A DNA stretch of 64,000 nt from Babesia bigemina. Its lineage: Eukaryota. The stretch is from the NCBI RefSeq assembly GCF_000981445.1, contig NC_027218.1, positions 3,162,001 to 3,226,000 on the forward strand, given 5' to 3'. The translations under genes and the position numbers were made by a program. Of this stretch, positions 10,505 to 22,470 are shown one piece after another; positions within the stretch are counted from its first letter, which is position 1; every line of letters starts with the position of its first letter. The notes beneath the pieces are model-generated. The model did no database searches. It was not told the origin of the DNA and worked only from the letters and a program-made list of their open reading frames with translations.

Positions 10505-11482
10505 ATGCTAGTGCGTATACGTGCTGTCACCTCGGACAGCCTACAGCGTTGTGGCGCGGCACGGCAAATGTAGAGCCCACAGGTACGCCTCAGCAGATTT
10601 ACGGGTACAACTGACGGGTTTGTCGCCAAACACGCCCTGATGTTTGCGCAAACGCCGCCGTGTGACCTTGACTCCATGAGATGCTGAGGGAGCCGCGTTA
10701 TGTTCCTGACGCGGGGTTCGTCCAACATACTATACGTGCCACCTGCGGCCTGTAAAAACTAATATCTTGCGGTATCACACTTATATATGTGATTATCGTG
10801 GTGTGAGTGGGACGCCGAATGCATCGAGTAGTCGATGCGTATCACGTCACACCAGCTGTACAGCGCGACGATCATCATTTGCAGCGCTAATTAAGGTACT
10901 ATGCTGCTCATGAACGTATATAGGGTACCCCAGGTGCATGGGAAATATTGTCTCTGAACGGCGTGTGATGATGGACCGTATATACGAGTTCATCTTCCCG
11001 CACTGCATTACCCCATGCAGGAGCGGATTTGGGTTATATGCTTATGTTAATATCACTGCATAGCTGCATCGTATACGCCTTGCATGTATTGGCCGATTTT
11101 TACAGGCTGCCAGCCTTGAGGGCTGCCCAACGTGTCTCATGGCTTTCAGTACAAGTTGCGATATTACTCATGTTAATTGGTGACTTTAGTATCTTGTGTG
11201 AACATACATCAGATTGTGATTCGTTCAATGAAGTGGCCTGCAAGAATGTCTCAAGGACAAAACACCACATCCCGTGTATCGATTGGTCTGGCAAACACCA
11301 TTGAAGTAGACAACGGAATCAGGTTAAACAGGTGCACCACAGCATGAGCGCCGTGTAAGGACGGTTGTATTAGCGCAATTAGCGACCGGCTGAGTGGAAT
11401 TTAGCCGGATTGCCGTCGCTGTCACCATGCAGGCGTTTTGCCTACGGCCCAAGGCTGGTCGTGTATCATGCCTTGGAATCCC

Positions 11483-11950
11483 TCAGGGTGACCCACGATG
11501 CCGAGATGAGGCCTTAAACTCGGCAATTTCAGCCTCTCGTTCGCGCAGAGTGGCACGGAGCTTCTCCACGTGCTGCATCAGCGTATTGTAGAGGGCACAC
11601 GCATTGACCGTCAACTGAGCGTTCTGCGCCTTCAGCAGGCGCACCTCTGCTTCCAGTGCCGCGATACGCGCATCTTGATCTGCGGCACGAGTGGTTGTTG
11701 GCTTGTAGGATTCCGCAGGTACCGGAGAGTCAGCCGCGAGGGGTAGCGGTGAGGTCTCGCCAAAAAAGTTATCACCTATGTCTTTTGCAGCCACCACTGA
11801 ACCCCCAGAATTTCCTGATTCCCCTTCCGCCGTGTAGACAGGGAGTCTACTGCGGCTACTGGTCACCCGGGCTCGGCTGAGGAGGTCGATTGACTCGCAC
11901 AACGAAAGCGAACGCACCAACTCTATCTCATCATTAAGTTGATCTACCAT
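11483..11950 (-). CDS. Hypothetical protein with C-terminal coiled coil (155 aa)
   Basis: ATG-initiated ORF with heptad pattern RIAALEAEVRLLKAQNAQLTVN...LREREAEIAEFK. Confidence 0.65.
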   Translation of the reverse strand: MVDQLNDEIELVRSLSLCESIDLLSRARVTSSRSRLPVYTAEGESGNSGGSVVAAKDIGDNFFGETSPLPLAADSPVPAESYKPTTTRAADQDARIAALEAEVRLLKAQNAQLTVNACALYNTLMQHVEKLRATLREREAEIAEFKASSRHRGSP

Positions 11951-11959
11951 CGAAAGTTA

Positions 11960-14863
11960 TTAATGGATGCGAGCTTTGCGCGAACGTGAGCGGGGCTTCT
12001 GCTTCTGCCGCACATTGTCCTTCCTCATCCTCTTGTCCACCGCCTTGACAACCTTGCGCGACCCCTTGCCGCCCTTAGGCGCCGAGGTAGACGAGCCGCC
12101 ACGTCGGGAAACCACATAGACCTTCTCGCGCTTGTCTGAGGCCGCGCGCTTCACCTTGCGGAGCAGCTTCTTCGCAGCGTCCGACTTGCCCGTGTCGCTG
12201 TTCTGCATTGCCTCCACGCGGGGGAGGACGCTCTTGAGTTTGCGCTCCATGCGCATCTTGCGACGTCCGCGAGCCTCCAGCACCTTGCGGATCGGGCGAT
12301 TCTTCAACTCATAGAGTTTGGCCTTGTACCGCTTCATGAGCTCCTTGGTGACGGGCATCTCGTAGTTGCTGTGCTTCTTCTCGTCTTCCGCAAACCACGA
12401 TGGCAAGTCTCCATCGTCGAACGTTCTGCGGTTGTACGCACCGTCTATTAGCGCCATTCGTGAACCCTTGTCCACCAGGAGAGACCCAATGGCCTGAACT
12501 TCCGCTATGGTCTCCTTGTCACGAGTGAGCTCCTCCTCGACCGCATCACGCACACGAGCTATAGCGTCAGCATCCGATACTGCCGGCACAACTGCGAAAC
12601 TCGCTTCCTTTTTAGAAGGCTTGGCTTTTTTGGGTTCCTTCTTCTTCTGCTTCCTGGCAGTCTCGCGGGTCTTTTCTTGAAAAATGTCCTGGTCGAACCA
12701 ACGGTCAACCATCGCATCTTCCATAGCTTCCTTGGCCTTGCGGTCAATTGTTTTGCCAGCTGCCTTGCCGGAAGCACCCTTTTTCGTTGAAGGGAGATCG
12801 TCAGAGTGCTTGTCATCCGCAACTTCGGAGTCGGCGTCAGATTCGGGTTCGCTGCCTTCACCTTCCTCCTCCTCCTCCTCCTCATCATCATCATCCTCAT
12901 CATCATCTGTGTTGCTTCCGTCCGATCCCTCATCGTCAGATTTGCCCCCCTCATACACGGACTCCTCGCTCTCGTCTTCGGAGTCTGACTCCTGCATTTC
13001 CTGCTGCGCCTTCAGCCGTGCCTCGCTCTGCATGCTCTCAATCAGCGAAGCCAGTTCGGCTCCACGCTCCATGTTGACACGCTGCCTACGAGTAAGTTTT
13101 TTGGTAGGTTTTGCCCGTTCAGATTCAGCGAGTTTTGCCATTTCGTGTTGCACCTCCAGATCAACTTCCATGTTGTGGACCTTGTCGTCTTCAAGGTCTT
13201 CGACTTCCGAGTCAGTTTCAAACTGCAAGTCCATGGAATCGGCGTCTGAATCGTCCGAATCCGTGTCGCTGTAATCGGAGGGGATGTCGAAGCGCTTAGC
13301 TGCTGAGACGCGGGAGTGGATCGACGCTTTGTCATCCTTTCCCTTGTCGGCTTTGTCCGAATCATCTCCCGAGTCATCGCTCGACTTGTCGAGCTCATCA
13401 ATGTCGTGCCCCTTCAGCACGCTCAAGGAGAACAGCTCGGGGTCATTAGTGAGCATGACTGAGTTGGCTGCCATTGCCTTCTTATGCTTCATGAGGGCCC
13501 TGCGCTTCTTACGTTCAGAGCGGCGTTGGTCCTTTCTCAGGCGATCAGCAAGTTCCAGCTGCTGCCTTCGCAGCGCATCCTCCTCAGCCTCCGGTTGCTC
13601 CGCCCCTTCCTCACCGTCGCCTTCGACAACGGCATCGTCTTCACCATCCTGCTTCTCGGCCTTGGCCTTAGATTTCTTCGCGTCCTTGTCGGCAGGGAAT
13701 AACTCCCTGCATATCTTCTGCCTCCATTTGAGCAGGTGTTGCAAGTCCGCACGCCCGGCAACCTTAATGTCGGAACAGAGCAGCTTGACTTCTTCCGTGG
13801 TCAGCGCGCTGGCCATTACCGCCTTGAGCAGGGCGGCGTCCTTTTTGGACGCCTCCTCATCCAGCCCGCTCCTTGGTTTGAAAGTGAACCGGTTTGTTGA
13901 AATAAGCATCTGCGGCGGATTGTCCGAGGTCAGGAAGTCGAGCACACTGTGCTCCCTGAAGTCGTCGCCCTCCTCATACCCCTCTCTGTTGACCTTCTTC
14001 CGCTGCCGCAGCAGCTGGCTCAGAGATGTTACTTTCGCAGTCTCCTTCTCCTCCTGTTCTTCTGCCGCCTGGCCCTGGGATATGAAGACGTGCTCGCAGT
14101 TGAACAGCTTGGGGTCGAGTGCCTTGAGGGTACGGAATCCGATACACACGGCGAAGATTTCCGCCGAAACGTTACGACTACTGGACGGTTTCGTCACCTT
14201 GACGCGCTCGAAGCACTTGCCGAGCATCCATATGAGCGAGTTGTAATCAGCGGACCTGCGCAACGTCAGCGAATTGCTGCCTGGGCAACCAACCTGAATA
14301 TCTTGGTCACGAATATGCCGCCCTTCTTGAGGACGTGCGCAGCCAGTTTGGCTGCCTCTAACACCAGCACATTCTGGTTGAACGCGTCCAGGTTCCAGTT
14401 GGCACCGACGTTGGGGGCTCCGTCGTGTAGGACGACATCCACCTCGGCTCCCTGAAAGAGCTGTGCCGCCGGCCCGTCAAGCTTACCTTGAGATTTTGCG
14501 ATATCAGGTTTCGACACCTCGTCGTGCGTATATCCGATTGTATCGTGATTACGCCCTTTATGGGCCGGATGGGCACGAGGTCGACGCCGATGATGATGCT
14601 GGACACCGGAAGGTGCTTGGCCGCGACCTGAAGCCAACCGCCGGGAGCGGCACAGAGGTCCACCAGCACACTGCATCGTTGTCAAATAATTAGTACGCCA
14701 CGCTTGCGGCGTGGAAGGCAACGTACTTGCAGTTCTCGAAGATGTTGAACTTTTTTGCGAGCTGGAGAATCTTGAACGCGGACCTCGCGCGGTACCCCTG
14801 CTCCTTGGCCAGGTAATAGTACTTATCCTGGCGCTCCTTGCCGTGCTTCACCCTGGTGCTCAT
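11960..14863 (-). CDS. SPB1: FtsJ-family pre-rRNA 2'-O-methyltransferase SPB1/FTSJ3, multi-exon
   Basis: [59 protein letters not shown]; Spb1 C-terminal [16 protein letters not shown] and RPIRKVLEA; small introns in the 5' part. Confidence 0.95.
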
Positions 14864-15001
14864 TTTGGTGTGTGGAATAACTGACTGTGGCAGCGGCACG
14901 GCCGGCCGCGGCGGGGGCAACCCGGCACACCCTACTAGTGCTTATGTGAAAAGTGAGCTGTTATTAGGATTGTTCGCGATGTGTTGTTAAAAGGTTCGGC
15001 C

Positions 15002-15875
15002 TTACGGCGCCGTGCTGATGAGAACGACTCCGGTGATGACTCCGAAGAGGCCTAGGTCGAATTAAGATTTCGTCGCCGCAACCCACCTAGCACGCCGGCA
15101 AAGATTTCCACCATGAGTATTTTTACAAAGAGCTGTGGCTTCTGGGCATCCGCGAGCGCGCAAGAACTACCGATTGAACCAACAGCGACGCTGATCACGT
15201 GTGACTTTCGCTGCAAGAACCACTAACCCGCAAGCGAGGTTCGAGAGTCCGACAATGAGTCCGGTGGCGAACATGGAGTAGCCTCGGTACACCTCGACGA
15301 AATACTTCCCAGTGACAGTTAGATCAGCCTTGAAGTCCTTCGGGCACTCAATGGCGGTGAAGTGCAGTGATGCGTTCACAAGCAGCACGGCAACGATGAG
15401 GCCGTAAATGCCCACCGCTTCGCAGAAAATGACTGATACAAGGTTCTTTACAGTGATGCGGGGCTCCTTGATCGACCCGCCCATGATAGATGGCCCACAA
15501 AGTAGAATGCCCCTGCACAAAAGTTAGCCTCGTTCATTTTCGGTGCTGCCACGGCCATGAAACGTGCGTGCTCCGGATACACCGCAGTCACTGTGAACAC
15601 GCCACTAGCCGCCGACAGGCACGCTGTAACCGAACTTTTAACACGCATGGGCGCGTTTAATAAGTGTTCTGCGGAAGCGATGCGGCGTCAGCGGCACTTG
15701 GCAAGGCGAGAGCCAATGTGCAGCGCCGTATCCATGAAAAACACGTATCTCGCATCATACACACAACCTACCATGCCGCGCCTAACACAGAGAGGCCTAG
15801 CGACAAGAATATGCCCATGTGACCCCAAAAGTGCGGAGGGATTCGCGAGAACACCTCGGACCAGGACTCCGCCAT
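15002..15875 (-). CDS. VMA16: V-type ATPase proteolipid subunit c'' (21 kDa), multi-exon
   Basis: Exon 1 [35 protein letters not shown]; then [24 protein letters not shown] and VGLSNLACG; ends [16 protein letters not shown]. Intron 1 is 15513-15771. Confidence 0.92.
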
Positions 15876-16079
15876 CCTGCCGGCAGAGGGTCTCCGGCGT
15901 TGAGTTACTGCGCTATTACGGCGCCACGAGTACGTATAGATCTCCGGATGAAAAGTGGCGCTACGGGTCGGCGTCCGAGGCGCGCTCTCCCCCGGCTCAT
16001 GGGGAACATCGGCGACCAGTGTAATTCATTTACACCCCGGGCGCAGCCGGGGATTTCGCACTACCGGCTGCGGTGCAAA

Positions 16080-16814
16080 ATGGCGGGGTTCGATGTGCAG
16101 TCTACGAGTGACGAGTACTTGAAGACGTTCCAGCGGCACGAGGCTGCGGCGCGCCGCGGCGCTGCCTCCCCGGACGAGTCGTCGGAGCTTTCGCACCTGG
16201 CGAAGCTCAAGGGCGACATCGATGTCGCGTTCTCGCGGATACAGCAGAGCCTGCAAAACAAGTCTCTCACGCAGGGAGACTGGCAGAAGGTCATCGACCT
16301 GCGTCAGGGAGCGCGTCTCAAGCTCGACTCTGCGAACGCGAGAATCGGAGATCTGATCAAGATGTCTGCGTCTTCCACCGACCGCGTGCTCGCCTGCCAG
16401 GTTCAGCGCTACCGCCGAATTTTCGATCAGCTGACTGACGAGTTCCGCCTGCTGGGCAAGCAGGTCGATCAGCGGTACCAGAGCTTCACGTTGTTCGGAG
16501 ACAACCGGCACTCATCGCAGCCGCTAGATATGGCGGTAAACACCGGCAAGGTTGTCGTGGAGGCTATCATGGACGTGGAGTCGCTGACGGAGCAGGCCAG
16601 TCTGAACCTAGGCGTTCTGCGCAGCGGTAACGAACGTATGGCGCGCATCTACGCGCGCGTCAATACGATGGTGCACGAACACCTGTTCGACATCCAGAAG
16701 CTGCAGAGGAACATCAACTACGTCCTGCTGCGCAACCGTACAGTCACTTCACTGGTGATGGGCTTCTGCCTGTTTTTGATCATATACAAACTGGTCCTAT
16801 CTAAAATTGTGTAG
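16080..16814 (+). CDS. Golgi Qb-SNARE (GOS1/membrin-like), tail-anchored
   Basis: Helical N-terminus, SNARE-like coiled coil, RNR before the C-terminal TM segment VTSLVMGFCLFLIIY; ATG at 16080 in aaaaATG context. Confidence 0.7.
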   Translation: MAGFDVQSTSDEYLKTFQRHEAAARRGAASPDESSELSHLAKLKGDIDVAFSRIQQSLQNKSLTQGDWQKVIDLRQGARLKLDSANARIGDLIKMSASSTDRVLACQVQRYRRIFDQLTDEFRLLGKQVDQRYQSFTLFGDNRHSSQPLDMAVNTGKVVVEAIMDVESLTEQASLNLGVLRSGNERMARIYARVNTMVHEHLFDIQKLQRNINYVLLRNRTVTSLVMGFCLFLIIYKLVLSKIV

Positions 16815-16922
16815 AATGTCTTTTGATGCTTCGGTGTTCGCGTGCCGCCGCGCGTTCGGTAACGTTATGTGCGCTGCTGTGGTGCACGGCCACGTTACAC
16901 ATTTACTGTAAAATCCACACAA

Positions 16923-18103
16923 ATGGCTGAAATACCGTACGCAGCAGCAGAGGTGCTGCGGCTGTTGCGTGAGTCGCATACGCGGCGACTGGTGGCTAAT
17001 CTTACTGAGGAACGGCTGCTGCGACGGTCCCGGAAGTCGAAGACCATCCAAACTGGCCGTGACGCATATGGCAAACTTCTGGGCAGGCTGTTCGAAGCCG
17101 GGTACTTCCAACAGTTCGGCATTGACGATGAGAGGCTTCTGGAGATGCTCCAAGAGCGCGATTTGATCGACGATGCCATGATCCATGTAGCGCATGGTCT
17201 GAACCTCCCGTCTCATTTGGGTTCTGCGGCCTTCTTTCTGATCTTTGGTAAGTGCAGAACCCGTCTACGGTCTCAATGCGCGGCAGGGTGGATCACATGC
17301 CAGATGAAATTATCCGACATCGACCTTTACGACATCATCACATGCTACAGCCTCGCACCGTCTGACGACGGCCGGCTTGCGCAGATAATCCGCCACCTGG
17401 TGCTCACCGTGATCGATCTGATCGTGCTGAAGCTGCAGGCTGAGGGGTGCCGAGAGAAATTTGACCGGGATCTGCAGTTCTTCTTGCAGAACGGCACTGC
17501 GTCGGGTATCTACGGTCGCCTGCATACGCTCATGCAGTGCGGGACCATGATGTACGAAGGAAGCGCCGACGCTATCATCGCAAACACAATCGCAATAGAG
17601 CTTCCCTGTATGTCTAGGTAATTGAAATGGCGCTTATTGCGTTATCGTGCGTAGGAGTCGGCAGATCGCCCTGACGCGTGTGCTGCGTCACGTCACCGAC
17701 AACATCTTGGGCCGCGCCAACCGCAATCACTTTGGCATATCGCAGCGGGGCAGCGCCCACCTGTGGCGTCTGATCGTCAAGGGCATAGAAGAGTCTGGTG
17801 AGTGCGCGGCAGTTGCGAGGACACGGCGTTACAGGCGTTACCGACTTGGCGTACGACGACAACGCGCTGCTGCTGTCCATTCGCGCCTTGGGCAATCAAT
17901 TTGACATTAGCGTGATCTCAAGGGTGTTATCACAAGATATTTACAGTCACTACAACGACCGGAACGACTACCATCGCAACGTTGACTTGGGAGGAGCACT
18001 GTTTGCCATGCACAAGCACGGCATTGCGTTCGAGTTCCCCGACACGTTCCCCCTGGCGGAGGGCAATATTGCCACGGTAATCATGGATCGTCGTCTGTAC
18101 TGA
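16923..18103 (+). CDS. Hypothetical protein, about 4 exons
   Basis: Successive ORFs (16869, 17647, 17798) can be joined by small GT-AG introns at about 17248-17286, 17608-17654 and 17798-17834; ends IMDRRLY*. Confidence 0.6.
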
Positions 18104-18166
18104 CGCAAATGAAGCACTGAACGTAGGGTTACAACCGGTATAATGTTGCTGTATAAGCCTTGTTCG

Positions 18167-18172
18167 AAAAAA
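18167..18172 (-). terminator. Pol III T-tract terminator of tRNA-Arg
   Basis: Six Ts on the minus strand a few bases after the tRNA 3' end. Confidence 0.8.
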
Positions 18173-18175
18173 GAG

Positions 18176-18248
18176 TACACCAGACGGGACTCGAACCCGC
18201 AACCTCCGCTTTAGGAGAGCGATGCGCTATCCATTGCGCCACTGGTGC
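18176..18248 (-). tRNA. tRNA-Arg (anticodon CCU)
   Basis: Reverse complement GCACCAGTGGCGCAATGGATAGCGCATCGCT-CTCCTAA-AGCGGAGGTTGCGGGTTCGAGTCCCGTCTGGTGTA folds as a cloverleaf with A box, B box (GGTTCGAGTCC) and a CCT anticodon. Confidence 0.95.
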
Positions 18249-19461
18249 TTAGCCTAAGGGCTCAAAGTTTGGTTTACATCCTTCATGTAGTGGATGCTGG
18301 CAGCAGAAGGGGTAAAGCCCAGCGGTACTGTAAAATTTACCTTATCGCTGGACACAAGTTAACAATGTGCGGGTGTAAATTGAATTGTAGGAAGGACACT
18401 AGCGGCTTAATGTGTTCGGGATTGGCGCCGTGTAGGATGTTAACGTGTAAGCATTGACGCGTATCGCCGATGCGCGGCGACATCAGGTGTCGCAGATGGG
18501 ACGTAAAGTCTGCTCAAAACGGCGGGTCGTTCGCAAGGTAATGCGGCTTTTGTTTAAAAGACCGGTCTCTACGTTACAGTGACGGTCTATTTTGACCGCT
18601 TTCGTTCCTACGCTGCGCGCGCTGCGTGGATCTTTCAGGCGCAACCCGGTGCAGTTCAACGTTGTTCCCACAAGGACAACAGCTGCGTCTAAAGACAGCT
18701 TTGCCGCTGAATTGTTGCCCACATCGGCGAAATAACAACAGGTATATGGCAGAGTCATTACTTCCATATTCTGCGTAGGATCTGCGACTGCATTCGTGGT
18801 ACCACACCCCGCCGTCGTTGTTACCACCATTGAGCTCGCGCGAGTCCTTGCGATCGCGAGCTGCATTACATTGTTGTTTTCCCGAATATTTCATGTGTAT
18901 GTATTAGGTTGTTACTGTGTAGGATTCGGCGGTGTGAGTCACGCAAAATTATCACACTCCAGACGCCGAACCGCCAGCATCTATCCTACATCGGCTGCCG
19001 AAAAGGGCGTCGGATTTTTCATCATCTCTCTAAACATGCGGGCGTATATCGTGCGTGAAAGGTGTGGCAGTGTTTTTATGTGCGGGGGTGGACCTTGAGC
19101 GGTTGGTTTGCGGGCGGCGCATTCTCCGCGACACTGAGGGGTCAGGAACCGAGGACCGGAAGCGAGTCTATGATTATTTATCCCAGTCACGAAGTTTGAG
19201 GTTGAAAGAACTACCGGATAATTAGGATATTGTGGTTACACATCACGCGAGCATTGCCTGGAATTTTTTGACGACCGCTGTACTGTGGCCCATAGAATTA
19301 CCATTATCACGCGAGGCCCATTCCCTTATTCACTCGGGACGATATTTAAATTAACAATATCGAGCGAAGGGATTAGCTGCAAAAAATTTATAATACCGTT
19401 TGCCGGGCGAGCTCACTTTCGCAAACATCTTCACTGACGGCAACACGCTTCAACTGCAGAC

Positions 19462-21054
19462 ATGATTCCTCTCGTTGAAACAAATCCTGCCAACAACACG
19501 ATGGCGGATAACCTCAAAGTGGGCCCCGACCCGTCGAAAGAGTTCAGGTATCTCAACGCGGTGGACCTGAAGTTCTCGCATGCTGAGGACACTCGCCTTC
19601 GTCGTCGGACTCCCACGAGCGACGGCGCCACAGTCGTTGGCTTTTCAGAACAAGCGCCGTGGAGGAATGGTTCATCTGAACTGCGCCGCGGAGCGGAGAG
19701 CAAACGAGACGCCGAATCACCTGCGGAAGTGACAACCAAGGTTGACGCTTCCATGCGCTCTCTCAGTATCGACTCCGATAAGTCTAGCTGCGCCCTGTAC
19801 AACTATTTTTCTCGACCTAACGGTGAAGGGTGCACTAGCTTGTCCTCGTGGAACTCGAATAGCACGGAATCCCTGAACTTTGAACGTTACCGCGACATGA
19901 TGGATGACTCCGCGACACTGCGCAGCCCTTCTGCCTCACTCGAGAAGGAGCTCATTCACATGGTAGAGTCGGCGTGGAAATCAGCCGCGCCAAAGCGTGA
20001 GACGGCACCTGTGTATCAGAACAAAGGCAAGAACGTGTTCCTTAAGATCCTTGCGACTCAACTGGTGTCTGGCACCATCATCGGCCGCGGGGGCAAAGGA
20101 TTCAACTGGTTCAGGCGCAAAAGCAAGATCGACGACATCTTGTTGTCCATGCCGTGGGAGCTTTACCCGAAGACGGATTTGCGTACCATGTTTTTGGAGG
20201 GAACAACGGCGGCTGTTGTTAAGGCCACTTGCATCATAGCCGACCTCATGCTCTCGAAATACGCTGCTCAGCACTCGGCGACAGTCACTCAATCTGACCG
20301 GATGTTGGTTCTTGTTGTGCTTCCACTTTTTGCGAAAACAGCTATGGAGCGCATACGCGATACCTCCGATGCCGATATCATTTCAATTACACTCTTCCAG
20401 AGCAGCACAGAACACAATGAGATTGTCGCTGTGATTAAAGGCGTGAAATCCAAGGTCAAGGCCTTGGTAGGCGCCATCGCCAACTCGATTGCGGAAACGA
20501 TAGACCTTCAGGACTACTGTCACGTTTCATACCCCGGTCCTGACGGGTTCAATCCTAAGATGCTGCCCAAAAATAGGGCGGTGCAGCGAAATGCTATGTC
20601 TGGAAATGAAGAGGCCGCAGAGGCCATTGAGTCTGCTCCCAAGAAAATCGACGATAATTCCGAGACTTCCATGGAAACTCCCGATCCGTCCCACCAGCTG
20701 CGTCAGGGCACCGACTCGGAGACTCAAACGGAAACATGCGCCGTCGACCTCAGCGAGACGGTGCACACGATGGCGGATATGGGCTACGAAATCCCACACG
20801 AAAACGAGATTCAACTAAACATGGCTACCGCAGCTGTTGTTGCGGAGAGCAACCCTACAATCAACAGCTACCCGATCAACCTCAACATCCTCGTCCCCGC
20901 GGCAAAGGCGGCAGATGCAATGTCTATCACGAGTGCCTCCAAGTGCTACGTCACGACTGCACCCGCGGAGGACCCGAACACGCTCGTTTTCAGCCTCAGT
21001 GGTTCCTTCGAGGAGACCGTGGCCGTTGTTTCCCTCATCATGTCGGTCATGTAA
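19462..21054 (+). CDS. KH-domain RNA-binding protein (530 aa)
   Basis: LKILATQLVSGTIIGRGGKGF (KH GxxG loop) and YPKTDLRTMFLEG as in NOVA/PCBP-like KH1; further degenerate KH-like segments. Confidence 0.8.
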   Translation: MIPLVETNPANNTMADNLKVGPDPSKEFRYLNAVDLKFSHAEDTRLRRRTPTSDGATVVGFSEQAPWRNGSSELRRGAESKRDAESPAEVTTKVDASMRSLSIDSDKSSCALYNYFSRPNGEGCTSLSSWNSNSTESLNFERYRDMMDDSATLRSPSASLEKELIHMVESAWKSAAPKRETAPVYQNKGKNVFLKILATQLVSGTIIGRGGKGFNWFRRKSKIDDILLSMPWELYPKTDLRTMFLEGTTAAVVKATCIIADLMLSKYAAQHSATVTQSDRMLVLVVLPLFAKTAMERIRDTSDADIISITLFQSSTEHNEIVAVIKGVKSKVKALVGAIANSIAETIDLQDYCHVSYPGPDGFNPKMLPKNRAVQRNAMSGNEEAAEAIESAPKKIDDNSETSMETPDPSHQLRQGTDSETQTETCAVDLSETVHTMADMGYEIPHENEIQLNMATAAVVAESNPTINSYPINLNILVPAAKAADAMSITSASKCYVTTAPAEDPNTLVFSLSGSFEETVAVVSLIMSVM

Positions 21055-22470
21055 GAGCATGGCCCTATTTAATTTGTACAAATTTTGGCCCAAAGGCTTT
21101 TTTCCAATATGCAACTCAAGAAATTGTCACCACTACACGCCGCATACATTGAATATGCCGGGAACAAGGTGCATTTTATTCAGCGCTGGCGCTCAAATTT
21201 CGCCGAGCAGCTGCAAATGCCGACAACAGCGCTACTCTTCAAATCAGTTTTTGCTACTGACAGCAGCCACCCTTTAGCAAGCTGCGGGTGCCATCACGGT
21301 CCAACCGGCGTCATGTAAATAGTATTATTATTTATAAATGGTTCGTCTGTTGCATTGGCATCTGTTCGTACTCGGCCGCGAGCACGGGATTTTAAATGGG
21401 CCCTGGGGTCTCCATAGTCTCATCTGGATTCTGCGCAGTGCAACGGAGATCGGTTTTGATGAAAAATCACTGTGCTCTTCCTCCGGTCTTCCGTAGCTTC
21501 AAACCTCAAGCACCATGTGATAGGTCTCACGGCCCAACTTTATTGGGCGGTGTATGCGGCCATTTAGATTAAAAAGCCGCCAACACAAACAGATTATATA
21601 TATATTGATTTTGTTGGATTGTCATAATAATTCAATAATCACATGCTATTCACATAACGTGGCGAGATGGACGCTATTCGATCGCCTTTGTCTCTCTGCT
21701 ACACTGACAATTCGGCTGCTGGTTATATACGCCAGGCGCTAACGGTAGCATATTTATCCGTAGCACGGTGACCTTGAGTTCTTTGTATAGTCCCCTCCGT
21801 GATTACGCTTCGATTGGCCCAGTTTTCGCGGTTAACATGATGGTACCTCATGCTGTTGTTGTGGACTTCATGTTCCACACAGTGATGTCGCCGTATCTTA
21901 CTGATGTTATTCGTGAATATCTCCACTCCGTTCGGTCTCCAGCGCCACAACTCCTTAGCATTGTATGTTCCTCATAATCTAGGACGCCACCTTGAATCTC
22001 GTCTGTTGTTTTAACCCTTTACCGTTAATATCCTTCAACTGATGTTCAGATTTCTCTTACTCTACGTATCCGTCAACATCAAACTGCCATGTTTTGTAAT
22101 CCTTATCTCCACCATAGTGGTATTTTCCCGATGTTATTGCAAACAATTGTGGTTGTCCACCATACAGGATACTCCTCGTCGAATTAAGAGAGGAAAAATC
22201 AATGTTCCTATTTTGCCGACACTAATAACATAGCAGTAATTAGCGAAGCTATCCGAATTGTTTACTGATTATGCCACTTTGAACGGCGAAAGAAAATTCC
22301 ACGACAGCTTAAAGCTAGCGGTTGGTGTGGGGTTTCGTCAACCTTCCTTGTCACAAAGAATTAAATGTCAAAACATTTTTGTGATTTTGCGTATCCTTAA
22401 AATCTTTATAGAATGTCACCAGTTCTCTTTAATAGCGTCTCGTAGATTATATACAGCAAGCTCGATCACC

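Noticed and set aside
10730..11390. Possible C/D snoRNA (GTGATGA at about 10965) or small membrane ORF
   Set aside because: No suitably placed D box or terminal stem, and no coherent gene model.
18250..19460. Recurring GTAGGA motif upstream of the KH gene
   Set aside because: A short motif with few copies; cannot be separated from chance without statistics.
22258..22470. Upstream in-frame extensions from the ORF track (also 9368-9445, 15819-16079, 34391-34492)
   Set aside because: Mostly non-ATG starts; downstream ATGs match signal peptides or conserved N-termini.
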